Source: Octopus bimaculoides
Lineage: Eukaryota
DNA length: 39,429 nucleotides
Assembly (NCBI RefSeq): GCF_001194135.2
Contig: NC_068992.1
Span: forward strand, 25,719,677-25,759,105
Reading direction: 5' to 3'
Shown piece after piece: positions 10,171 to 21,619 of the stretch. Within the stretch, counting starts at the first letter, position 1. Every line of letters begins with the position of its first letter. The notes under the pieces are model-generated. The model did not search any database. It was not told where the DNA came from and saw only the letters and a program-made list of their open reading frames with translations. The position numbers were made by a program, and so were the translations under genes.

Positions 10171-12480
10171 TAATCTGAGCTATCCTAGTCTTGGATCTTA
10201 TTTATTCAGTTTCCTCGATATAATTGAGTGAGGTATTGAGTTATGACGTGAAATATTAATCACCGATTATCTCAAGCCATACTGAAATTACTTTTCATTT
10301 ACTGATGCCTACAAACAGGCACCCGTTCTGTGCAGCTATTCTTCGCATCTACCATTATTTTCTGACACGTGTTCTTATTCATCTGTTAAGATATATTTGT
10401 CATCTACGTAAAGAAATTGTGCATAGGAAAGTACAAAAGTCAAACTTCTCTATGTTGTTAGTAAATAAATTGTTCCTTGGCAGCATTTGTGCACTCTTCA
10501 CGCATGGGCTTTTACGTGTGTGCAAATAATTAATATTGCATTTTCTGTACAGGTAACCTGTACCTAGTTTCGGTAACAGTTCATTAAAAACCGTGCGGAA
10601 AAGCATTTTGTATATTAATTGCTTACTTATGCCTGAAACTAGAGACAGTTGAAAACACTGCCAATTTCTCCACATTTACGTTGTAATGCTAATTGCCATT
10701 TAGTTATTAATTACGTTAATTAATATTCTACTCATGTTCTCACAGAGTGTGTATCTCTCTTATATAAATATATATTAGATCCATAACCTCTCACAATATA
10801 GCTAGACTATGTCCTCTGTTTTAAATTAATTGTTTGTTTGCTTCTTTTCATCTGCGTTATACATGCTTAGATTTAGTGTGAAATAATGGATTTTAATATA
10901 GGCGGGCAATGATCATTTAGAAGACACGTTTATTTTTCATTAACATTCTCTAAATGTCCCGACCTCCACTAGTATATGAATAAGTTCTATCTTACTTGCG
11001 CTACTTGATATCAGCTGCATAATACTCTCAAACATCTTTCGCTGGTCAGTTATAAATCTTTCGTTCTTGCATTTTTTCTTTCGTTCTATTTTATTCTATT
11101 TTCGATGACGTATGAAATGTAATACACTATAGAACGGAGTTACTCTCAAAGTTGTTATAGCTAATGTATATATTTATTCATCTAACCTTTTAATGTTCAA
11201 GTGTGTTTTCCTCGGATATATTTCTTTGATAACTTATTCTACTTTAGCTGTTACTTCTTATACATTTATTATTATTACTATTCTTTTTTTTTTGCCGAAT
11301 GGTTTCGATACGCACAAGTTCATTGATTTTAATTTGAACATTTTCTCCAACGATTCTTTAGTTTCTCTTAGCTTTTCCTTATTGATCACTAATTATTTCG
11401 TTGTGATACATTTTTATTGAATTTATAGATCCTTGTTTGGCCATCACTCGCTTTGTGATTTTTTGTTCATTTACCGCCGGTTCATATACATGTGTGACAA
11501 TAACTTGTCACTTCCCTGTGTAGTCTCTTTTCTTCCGCTATTTTTCATTGTTATGGGGGACAGAGGATACATATATTTTCACCTCCTTTTGCGCTACTTT
11601 GGTTTGGTTTGTGAGGGAATATACTTTTTTCGCGAGTGTTCAATTCTTTTGTACCATACTCTTCATTGTACGAGCTGTTGTATTTGTGTTTACTACATAT
11701 TTTTTATTTCTACTTTAATAACGAATCGGCGTATATTTACTAATGCATTTCTGTCTAGTTTTCGTCTTAGAACTCCATTTATTCTACTTTTGATCTCGTT
11801 TGTTAAGTTTATGATACTAGTGTATATTAGAAATAATATTGCTGTAAAGTATGCTCGAAACGCTTGTTCCTCTTGTTCTTTCGTGCATCATTCATTTGAA
11901 ATCGCCATTTTATTTCTATAAGAACTAGTCCTTTTTTGTTGGTAATTAACATTTTCAGAGAACACCGCTTCTAGTGATCGCATTAAATGTGCTTCATACA
12001 GTAATCAGCTCAATAGAGTATCTAATAAAAGCTAGACTTATATATTTTGTTGTTCAGGTTTGATGTGTTGTATTACATTCGTTTTTATTTCAAGTTGACT
12101 CCAGTTTGACTTGATTTACATGTTCCGTCTGATGTGATCACGCTATTTTTGTTATAAACATCTATCTGCACAGCCAACAAACTGTTATTATTTTTGTTTA
12201 ACTCCAGATCGAGTCTAGACCTCTTCTGAAATGGGTTCCAACCATATTCATGCTATCTTTTATTTTGACATAGTGTGTCTTGCCCAATGTATCTTTGATT
12301 TTTTATCGCATAAATGTTCATTCGGGAGAAATCGATGTCTATTTCTATAATATTATTAGATCAACTAATTTTTCTTTTACATATACAAAATTATTGCAGT
12401 TCTTATTGGAGAATCTTAATCGCAAAGATGCTAGATTGATTTAAATACTGTTTGTTTTTATGCTCTTTTCATTTGGCCTG
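8880..12480 (-). mobile_element. Highly decayed RTE-type non-LTR retrotransposon (APE-RT), interrupted by microsatellite and gap
   Basis: ORF 10400-10675 (RNWQCFQLSLVSGISKQLIYKMLFRTVF...NIEKFDF) maps onto RT N-terminal motifs NWRGISLLS..SK / EKAFD. Near 9500, SETVSCAADTIVIA resembles YADDT; then LNKNKNKV; near 9000, DNEV...IKRKRL. The APE part (11900-12480) is only weakly readable and boundaries are approximate. Confidence 0.6.
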
Positions 12481-12558
12481 AAGAGTATTTCTCTTCTTCA
12501 TCTTCCCCTCCAGTTCTCCTTCTCATTCTCCACTCCTGCTTTCACCTCCTACATCTGC

Positions 12559-12571
12559 TCTTCTTCTTCTT

Positions 12572-12635
<64 letters not shown>

Positions 12636-12752
12636 GTAGTAGTAGTAGTAGTAGTAGTATTATTATTATTATTATTATTATTATTCTTTTTCTTCTTCTT
12701 CTTCTTCTTCTTCTTCTTCTTCTTCTTCTTCTTCTTCTTCTTCTTCTTCTTC
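12559..12752. repeat. Symmetric compound triplet repeat (TCT)n(TAT)n(TAG)n(TAT)n(TCT)n
   Basis: Directly visible. Confidence 0.95.
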
Positions 12753-14353
12753 TCCTTTAGTTGCCGCTACTGCTGTTGTTATCATATTTATGGGGCTAGC
12801 GACTTATTACTGCCACGGGGTGAACAATCTACCTTGCATATTTCACACGGCTCTTCATGAAGTGAGTTCAATTTCCAACGAGGTCCAATTTGAGAGTTGA
12901 TAAAATATGTACTAATAGATAATGAGCTCGATGGCATTGACTAATCTTCTTCTCTCTAAATCGTTGTACTTCTGTATAAGTTTGAATTATTGCTAAGAAT
13001 TGGAAGATTACTTTCATATCTTGCTTTCATATTTCCGTACACACAGACATGCTGAACAAATTCAGAAAAGCCAATCTTCTCTTTTTGAGGTTTTGCAAAT
13101 GGGATGAGAAGCGCCACTGTTTCCTCTATCAAGAAGTGAATGAAATAATTACGGAGACGTAATTCCCCAAACAGAGCTTCAACGGCAATGAGAGAGAGTC
13201 ATAGATGTTGATGAAAAGTGACAATAACAAATGAATATTTATTGCGGATCTTTCTTCAGCAAAAATTAAAAGAATACGTCTGTTGTTACATTATTCATTT
13301 AAAGCTGTATTGAAATTGCTGTTCGTCTTCATATAGACTTTGTTAGTCGACTGAGTGTTAAAACTCATTTCCAATATTTTCCCCTTGATAGTTTTACCTA
13401 TGCCCTGTGTATAAGTGGCATCGAGTATTTTCATTTAAGTTCAAGTATACAATACTGCAACTAATACATAAGTGAATACGTTATTTCTAACGTTTTCTTT
13501 TCTCAATGCGTAATGAGTGAAACACTTAAATGTTTGCGTACCACATTTACTTATAAGAGCATTTAGGGAATCAAACGAAGAAGGACAAACACGAAGGAAA
13601 TGAAACTAGTGTTCGAAAAAAATACCTAAATATCATTTGAAGCTTATATTTGAGCGCAAAACGTAAGACTTACATGATCTCATGAGAAATGAATTAGCGT
13701 AATTAAAGCAAAGTCGCTGAATTAAATTATTGCTTTTTATGTAATTACGCTAAAATGAAACCTAAAATATGTTTAAAATGGAAGATCATAATTCACAGAA
13801 ATATAGAAAACCTGTCAATATCTTGTAAAACTCATGAATAAGCAATATTCAGTCGTCGTCAAAATTTATATTCGAAGATTACATTAAAAATATTGATCTA
13901 AATTATTTATACCAGACCAGAGATATACGGATAGTGAAATAAAGATCTAATCTTGCCACGTAATGACTGGGTAACGAAAATATCTTGTACAGAGAAATAA
14001 CGCTAAAAACACACTAGTTTAATGGAGGATACTTTTAAAATGAGTAAAACCTGTCAAATAAAAATAATTTATAATTTCATTCCACCATTTTAAGATTACT
14101 GAAATTATACGAATACAAACTTAAACACACACACGCACACAAACATATNNNNNNNNNNNNNNNNNNNNNNNNNNNNNNNNNNNNNNNNNNNNNNNNNNNN
14201 NNNNNNNNNNNNNNNNNNNNNNNNNNNNNNNNNNNNNNNNNNNNNNNNNNNNNNNNNNNNNNNNNNNNNNNNNNNNNNNNNNNNNNNNNNNNNNNNNNNN
14301 NNNNNNNNNNNNNNNNNNNNNNNNNNNATATAATATATATATATATATATATA

Positions 14354-14407
<54 letters not shown>

Positions 14408-14408
14408 C

Positions 14409-14451
<43 letters not shown>

Positions 14452-15535
14452 TAAGAAATATTTTGATCATGCGCACTAATATATATATATTTGGATATGC
14501 ATAATTATATACATACAAACACATATATGTATATGTATATATAGTTTACACACACACATATATGTATATGATATTTATATAATTGGATATATGTATTTAA
14601 ATCTTTCTCTGTACATACATATGTATATGTAAGTATGCTTGTGTGTGTATATATGTTAGTGAGTGTGTGCGCGTGCGAGTGTGCGCTTGTGTGTGTGTAT
14701 GTATATGTGTGTGTGTTTATGTGTGTAAGTTAATATGCGTGTGTATGTGTTTAAAGAACAACTCTACAGATTTATCAGCAAAACTGTCAGCTTTCCACGG
14801 AGTTTATTAAAGTGAAACTAATATTACTGTAATGTAGACATTCTTATCGAAAATGGGATCGCTTACTTTAGATTAATCATCTTAAAATTTCCAGACACAT
14901 TTTACTGTAAACCTGTATTATAAGATTCAATTATATGCGATATTAATGGGCAATGTCCGATAGTTATTTTGAACTTGAATTTCGACGTTACTGCCTGTGG
15001 TGATGCAAAATGATTGCTGATTTGCTAATTGCTGCCCAGTACTCTTTAGCAAATCGGAGTTTAGCAAAACTAGTTCGTACGAGGAAGATAAGCTACGCCA
15101 AGGCAAGAAGTGTGTCAGTGTGTCCGACAATATGATAGATGCTAATCATTATCTTACAGCTGGCATATGTTAGCCGCACTATTAGAGACGTAATCGATTC
15201 AGGACTTGCCGCCATTATATTGGAACGTCACAACAGCAGAGCGTAAATGTGATTCTCTCGTGTCTATCTATATTAGTATTTAAGAGAAAAACAAAATGTC
15301 GGAAAAAAGTCTAATTCCTGATGTTAATGAATTGCACATGAATTTGTCGCTGAAGTTGGTAAATATAATTATAGTATAGACTTCTACGCTGATGAACAGT
15401 CATATGTATGTAAGGTGCACAAATACAAAGATATATGCACTTCCCAAAAATAGGTAGCGCTTCTAATTACCTACTTTATTATGCATACATTTATGTACGT
15501 ATACATGTATGTATGATTATATGCATCTATATCTG

Positions 15536-15584
<49 letters not shown>

Positions 15585-16032
15585 ATATATATNNNNNNNN
15601 NNNNNNNNNNNNNNNNNNNNNNNNNNNNNNNNNNNNNNNNNNNNNNNNNNNNNNNNNNNNNNNNNNNNNNNNNNNNNNNNNNNNNNNNNNNNNNNNNNNN
15701 NNNNNNNNNNNNNNNNNNNNNNNNNNNNTATATATATCAATCTATCTATCTGTCTATGTGTATGCGTGCGTGTGTGTAATATAAAGCCCTTTCTCTCTGC
15801 GTAAAAGATTATAACGGCCGCATTTTTCAACTGATTTTCTCCGAACTGGGAACATACATTACATATGTTCCAGAGATGGTTCTAGGCTCTTAAGAGTTTT
15901 CACATAATGAGTAATGGTTCCCTTTGCGGCAAAAAATACACGTTCCTGGGTTACCTGGAAAAGGGAGCAAACTCCTTGCGACGTAACTTTCAGAAATTAA
16001 TTGTTTCTCTTATATTCATGGTCAAAAAACAA

Positions 16033-17390
16033 TCTCATGTAATATATAAAGTAGAGTTGTGTGTGCATTAGTTTTTCAGAGATGCGTGTGTATTCTCTTT
16101 ATATGTCTCTGTCTATACCTCTATATATATCTCTGTGTCTATCTAACCCTCTGTATCTATCTGTCTATATCTTAAGTAGCTATCTAAATCTATCTTATTT
16201 GTCTAACTAGCTAGATCTCTCACGCCCTCTCTATATTTCACTCACTCTCTTTAGGTTTCACTTTCATTTTTCAGACGCTACCGTTTTCACTTTAAGTTCA
16301 ATCGCTATTGTTTTCACTGTAAGTTTTCAAGCGTTATTTACAAACAGCAACGACAAATTATTGACAGAAAGAAGGTCACAATTTCTGATAAAAATAATTT
16401 TATACGTGATTTACTGGCAGAAATAACTTCATAAATTTCACTTCAAACCGTTTACTTCGTTAAATTTGTCTACAAATTTCTTTTTTACTTTTGCAAGCTT
16501 TGTGTGTGTGAGTGCGTGTGTGTGTGTGTGTATGTGTGTGTGTGTTTGTGTGTGTGCGTTTGTGTGTGTTTGTGTGTGTGCGTGTGTGTGCGTGTGTGTG
16601 TGTGTGTGTATTTGACGGAATTACTGATAAAAGCGAGTTCATAATATGACAGAATTAACTTCATTAAAATCCGTACATTTAGTTAATTTCTCTAAAAATT
16701 TCTTATTTACTTTTGCAACGGTTTTGCATTTGTCTGTTAACAGATTTTTTTTCTGGTTCCTTCGATACTAGCTCTTTCATTCACTACATGATAAACTTCG
16801 CTTCAACCCGTACAATTGTTTATTTTCCATAAAAAATTCTTATTTACTTTCTGCCAGTCGTATTAAGAAATATAGTTTTCGTTACCCAGTTATTTTCATT
16901 GTTCACTATATTCTGCGTCCTTATATTTCTGCATACGTATATCACTTTGCCTAGAAGGAAAGTTTCAAATTTGTCTATAATGTCAAGGTCAGTTAAAAGA
17001 AGGTCTCTGTCCAGAGAAAGAGAGGCAGCTGTAGAAACGGAAGCATGCCAACAAACGAACAAACTGTGCACTACAAAAGCCAGAGCATCTCAAAGTGGTG
17101 AACAGAAGTATGCGCGGATGACAAGGAATATGATCGCTACTGCAGAACGAAGAGCAGTTGCAACAGTTCAGACAAGCATTTCTATGAAGCAGCTTTCAAT
17201 TATGATCCAGCAGTTCATTATGCAGATGACACAAGAGTTTCTATTGGTGCAATGACAACTAATTGCATACATTGTAAAGCCAGGAAGTGATCTGGAGAGA
17301 CACCTGCACTGTGCTGCAGTGGTGGAAAGGTTAAACTCCCTGCAATTCCCAACCTCCAGAGCCATTGAAATTTCACTGCTACGTGACTAG
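16033..17390 (+). mobile_element. Helitron, internally deleted/non-autonomous relic
   Basis: Candidate 5' A|TC at 16032/16033 and candidate 3' CTAG|T at 17387-17391. Three related 60-70-nt subterminal repeats (about 16420, 16655, 16790) and a RepHel N-terminal relic inside. The termini are less certain than the coding relic. Confidence 0.6.
16947..17372 (+). pseudogene. Helitron RepHel N-terminal region (basic/acidic leader + Cys-rich Zn motif)
   Basis: (L)PRRKVSNLS...; after a frameshift HFYEAAFNYDPAVHYADDTRVSIGAMTTNCIHCKARK*SGETPALCCSGGKVKLPAIP..PEPLK. This matches the Helitron IG.M...C.HC.A.K(W/F).GE....CC..GKV.LP..PPEPL motif. Confidence 0.85.
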
Positions 17391-18251
17391 TATAGAACAC
17401 CACGACTGAGGAAATGATAAATATGAAACGTACTGGCGACTAATTCGGCAAATGATTTTTACAATAGCATATGGCTGACCAAGGCACTGGAAATGTGTCA
17501 ACGAATAGACGATACAAGTGAAGTGCAAGAAACAAACTTCGGCTCTAATGTCACTTTATCACCTAGCAATAATCAAACAAATGCTCGGCGTAAAATTCGT
17601 GGATGCTGAGTAAATGTTGCCTTTGGAATATGACAAGCAATGAATTCATATACAGGTAGGCATTAAGTATACCAGAAAGCGAAATGAGACAAGGCAAAGG
17701 TAGTATATGATAGTCCGCGATGGATTGTGGTACCGAGGCGTTATAGCTAGATTCACAATAGCCTAATTGGTGGACCTTATACTTATGAATCATAAGCTTG
17801 TGCTTACTGGACTGATGACGGGAACAGAAATGTTTCCTTCCTGAATATAGTAGAGACATGAGAGACTAAAAAAGCAAAGGAGGAAACAAAGAATAATTCC
17901 TCAACAGTGTGTGGAGAGAAATAGCCATTGCATAGCCAGAGTGATTACAGAAAGACTCGGTTTATTGTGGTAAATGAATGGATGACGGTGAGAAAAATGC
18001 CTGAAACCGAGTCGGAAAAATATTTGAGAGGCACTACAATGTACAAGATATACAGTGATGTGCATGTAATCATGAATTAAAATATGATTACAGATCAATG
18101 TTAGTTATGCGTGCATATTTAGACGTGTTCTGCATTTTTCGATGAACAGATTTTCTTTACAGTTCTATACTTAAGAGATGAGGAATTATGTATATTATTT
18201 ACATTTTCTTTTTACATTTGACGGATATTTGTCCTCATCTTGTTTTTTGAT

Positions 18252-18297
18252 AACACAACGTTTCGGCTGATATACCCTCCAGCCTTTATCGGGTGTC
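18252..18297 (-). ncRNA. Minimal type I hammerhead motif, core-mutated
   Basis: GACAC-CCGATAA-A-GGCTG[10 nt]CAGCC-GAAA-CGTT-GTGTT. Helices are intact but core U4 and G8 are substituted, so probably inactive. Confidence 0.6.
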
Positions 18298-18353
18298 TTC
18301 AGGAAATTTCGAAACTGGGTTCTCATTCCTAAGGTATTTTTTCGATATTATCA

Positions 18354-18413
<60 letters not shown>

Positions 18414-18414
18414 G

Positions 18415-18490
18415 GCAGGTCACTGCCTGGAATCGAACTCGGAATCTTAGGATTAGTAGCCCCCGCTCTTAACCACTACGCCATATGCAC
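18415..18490 (-). other. tRNA-derived Pol III head of the SINE monomer
   Basis: A-box TGGCGTAGTGG (18483-18473), B-box GAGTTCGATTCC (18440-18429), anticodon-loop-like CT-ACT-AA-TCC. No acceptor stem, so not a tRNA gene. Confidence 0.8.
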
Positions 18491-18556
18491 TTGGGCAAAT
18501 GGCGTAGTGACCTAAATAATAATATAAATAATAATAATAATACTAATAATAACAAC

Positions 18557-18618
<62 letters not shown>

Positions 18619-18676
18619 CAACAACATCGATAAAAAATACCTCAGGAATGAGAACTCAGTTTCGAAATTTCCTCAA

Positions 18677-18722
18677 GACACTTGATGATGGCTGGAGGAT
18701 ATATCAGCCGAAACGTTGTGTT
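18677..18722 (+). ncRNA. Minimal type I hammerhead ribozyme motif (C3U variant)
   Basis: Helix I GACAC 18677-18681/GTGTT 18718-18722; TTGATGA 18682-18688 + 1 extra nt; helix II GGCTG 18690-18694/CAGCC 18705-18709; GAAA 18710-18713; loopless palindromic ACGT helix III; triplet GTT 18715-18717. Confidence 0.7.
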
Positions 18723-19361
18723 AACAACAAACAAGACGAGGACAAATATCCCTCAAATGTAAATAATGTAAATAATGTAGATTTTCTTTATTTAAACGTT
18801 CTTATATAGAAATTGTATTTTTGCATTGGCAGAAGGAGAAACCTGTGAAATTTGGTTTGATGTTACCTGCACATCTCTCTATGTGTTCACTTCAAGGAAT
18901 CTCTCTGTATTGCAGGAACTGGATCTGATCTGTATGCAGAGTGGTTCTCTGTTTCAATGTCATATTCGTCTGTCCTATATACTGATGTCCACAACCTCGG
19001 CAGGTTATTACATTAATTACATTTTCAGAAGCACAAGTGAATTTGGTTTTAAATGTGAACCTCTTCCATTGTTTGAAAAGGAAACCCGAGCCTTCAAGCA
19101 GGTTGGAGCATGTTCCACAGTTTGGGCGTCCACATTTTTTCACCATTGGTTTCGTGGTTGTTGTGTGAAGCTCCGCAATTGTTAGAAGTGTCTTTACCGA
19201 TTTGTGTTGCTTTTTTGCATTTGATGAATTTATGTGCTTTCAGGATGTTGTTAATTTTTGAGTCTCTAGTTAGTAAAGGAAGTGTTGTATATCTCATTGT
19301 TTCTAGGGTTGTGAGTTGTTATACACAGTAATGTTTTGAGATGAGGTGTACTGTTAAGTTT

Positions 19362-19551
19362 TGCAGGTAACATCAACTAAATTTCACAGTTTTCCCCTTC
19401 TACCAGTGCAAAGATACAATTTTACACAGGAAAGTTTAAATAAAGAAAATCTCTTCATCGAAAAATACAGAACACATCTAAATATGTGCGCATAACCAAC
19501 ATTGATCTCTCTATATATTTTAATTTACGATTACATATCACTCATTGTACA
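19362..19551 (+). mobile_element. Inverted partial pseudo-LTR of the same PLE (EN C-terminus + 3' UTR)
   Basis: Reverse complement of 18810-18870 joined to 18050-18159 without the SINE insert. Encodes ..SLNKENLFIEKYRTHLNMCA* (stop 19493-19495). Confidence 0.85.
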
Positions 19552-20448
19552 TATTTCTCCCTACAACTCTAGGTTTTGAGGGTTTTTTGTAAATTCCGCG
19601 CCCCCCAACACACACACACACCGAAAGATGAATAATTATCACCCTTGTCCATAATAGTAACAATTGCCAATTAGATTTTTCTACTTGTTGAATCATTCAT
19701 TTATAAAATCTACACACGTCATAGACAAAAAAAAATTTCTTAAGAAAATACGTAATTAAAATATTTTTAATATCATGATTAGCGAAAGCGAAACCAGTCG
19801 ACAAACACAATACAAAATATATTTAAAATATATTAAAGCTATGTAAAGAGTGGGCATTTTCCTTTTTTTAATTCTTCATATATATTATAACTCAACATGT
19901 GGAGATAATCGAAATTCTTCCCTTTGTGTTACTATATATATATGTGTGTGTGTGTGNNNNNNNNNNNNNNNNNNNNNNNNNNNNNNNNNNNNNNNNNNNN
20001 NNNNNNNNNNNNNNNNNNNNNNNNNNNNNNNNNNNNNNNNNNNNNNNNNNNNNNNNNNNNNNNNNNNNNNNNNNNNNNNNNNNNNNNNNNNNNNNNNNNN
20101 NNNNNNNNNNNNNNNNNNNNNNNNNNNNNNNNNNNNNNNNNNNNNNNNNNNNNNNNNNNNNNNNNNNNNNNNNNNNNNNNNNNNNNNNNNNNNNNNNNNN
20201 NNNNNNNNNNNNNNNNNNNNNNNNNNNNNNNNNNNNNNNNNNNNNNNNNNNNNNNNNNNNNNNNNNNNNNNNNNNNNNNNNNNNNNNNNNNNNNNNNNNN
20301 NNNNNNNNNNNNNNNNNNNNNNNNNNNNNNNNNNNNNNNNNNNNNNNNNNNNNNNNNNNNNNNNNNNNNNNNNNNNNNNNNNNNNNNNNNNNNNNNNNNN
20401 NNNNNNNNNNNNNNNNNNNNNNNNNNNNNNNNNNNNNNNNNNNNNNNN

Positions 20449-20548
<100 letters not shown>

Positions 20549-21619
20549 GATGGATGGATGGATGGATGTATGTACGTATACAACAAAATATAAACAGCTG
20601 CATTTGTTTCTCTATTACATCATGATTGCGTGTGTCACTCCGTATCTGTACAGCTGCGCTGGTGTTCTAATGCAAGTTGTTTCATACTGATTAGAAAAAT
20701 TCTGGTAGAACAACTGAAATGAAAAGATCAAATACACTACAGTGGCAATTACTAGACGCTATTAATTATATTCTCTTCAACATCGAAAGATCGATTAAGC
20801 GTCAAGTAATGCAGAGAGGTTTCTAAGTGCAATGTATAAATAAATAAACAACACTGTGCAAAGGAATGCCACATTTTATAAACAAAACACGTTAAATAAT
20901 GAAGTTAACCAACAATAAAACTAGAAAATCCTTAAACAACAGGTAACAAATAAAACCACGAGATAAACAGGAAAACCAACAGCCGTAATGAAATCAAAAG
21001 CAGAAGTAAAATCGACATTACATAATATATACATATATGTATACATAAACAGAAACATACACGCACATATACACACACACATATATATATATACATATAC
21101 ATAGACATACATATATATATACATATATATGCACATATCTGTATCTATGTATTTTTATATATNNNNNNNNNNNNNNNNNNNNNNNNNNNNNNNNNNNNNN
21201 NNNNNNNNNNNNNNNNNNNNNNNNNNNNNNNNNNNNNNNNNNNNNNNNNNNNNNNNNNNNNNNNNNNNNNNNNNNNNNNNNNNNNNNNNNNNNNNNNNNN
21301 NNNNNNNNNNNNNNNNNNNNNNNNNNNNNNNNNNNNNNNNNNNNNNNNNNNNNNNNNNNNNNNNNNNNNNNNNNNNNNNNNNNNNNNNNNNNNNNNNNNN
21401 NNNNNNNNNNNNNNNNNNNNNNNNNNNNNNNNNNNNNNNNNNNNNNNNNNNNNNNNNNNNNNNNNNNNNNNNNNNNNNNNNNNNNNNNNNNNNNNNNNNN
21501 NNNNNNNNNNNACCTAAGCTGATTATACGAGATATTTATCTTGATGTATTTATTGAAAACTCACCCACGCATACATGCACATAAGCACAGGTACATGCAC
21601 ACACACACACACACACACA

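Larger units (their letters stand above)
18160..18778. mobile_element. Head-to-head dimer of a tRNA-head/(AAT)n/hammerhead-tail SINE
   Basis: Left arm 18160-18490 (minus sense) and right arm 18493-18778 (plus sense) are reverse complements around an axis at 18491-18492 (CACTACGCCAT..ATGGCGTAGTG). Confidence 0.85.
18148..18790. repeat. 12-bp target-site duplication AGATTTTCTTTA (18148-18159 and 18779-18790)
   Basis: Exact direct repeat; flanking bases differ on both sides. Removing the insert plus one copy restores LNKENLFIEK, as in the uninterrupted copy at about 19436-19495. Confidence 0.9.
18040..19340 (-). mobile_element. Penelope-like element, 5'-truncated: linker + GIY-YIG endonuclease + 3' UTR, split by the 18160-18778 insertion
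   Basis: TTHNPRNNEIY..LPLLTRDSKINNILKAHKFIKCKK..KTLLT..KKCGRPNCGTC..FTCASENVINVITCRGCGHQYIGQTNMTLKQRTTLH..EHIERCAGNIK..ERLNKENL|FIEKCRTRLNMHA* (stop 18105-18107). CxxxxCxxC linker, CxxC and YIGQT are PLE GIY-YIG hallmarks. Confidence 0.9.

Noticed and set aside
17570-18000. Plus-strand frame with DGLWYRG..LILMNH, reminiscent of the Gypsy integrase N-terminal region
   Set aside because: One short motif among many stops; no HHCC completion or DDE seen.
18415-18490. tRNA gene (also heads at 8109, 29568, 37012)
   Set aside because: A/B boxes are present but there is no acceptor stem and each continues into a SINE body.
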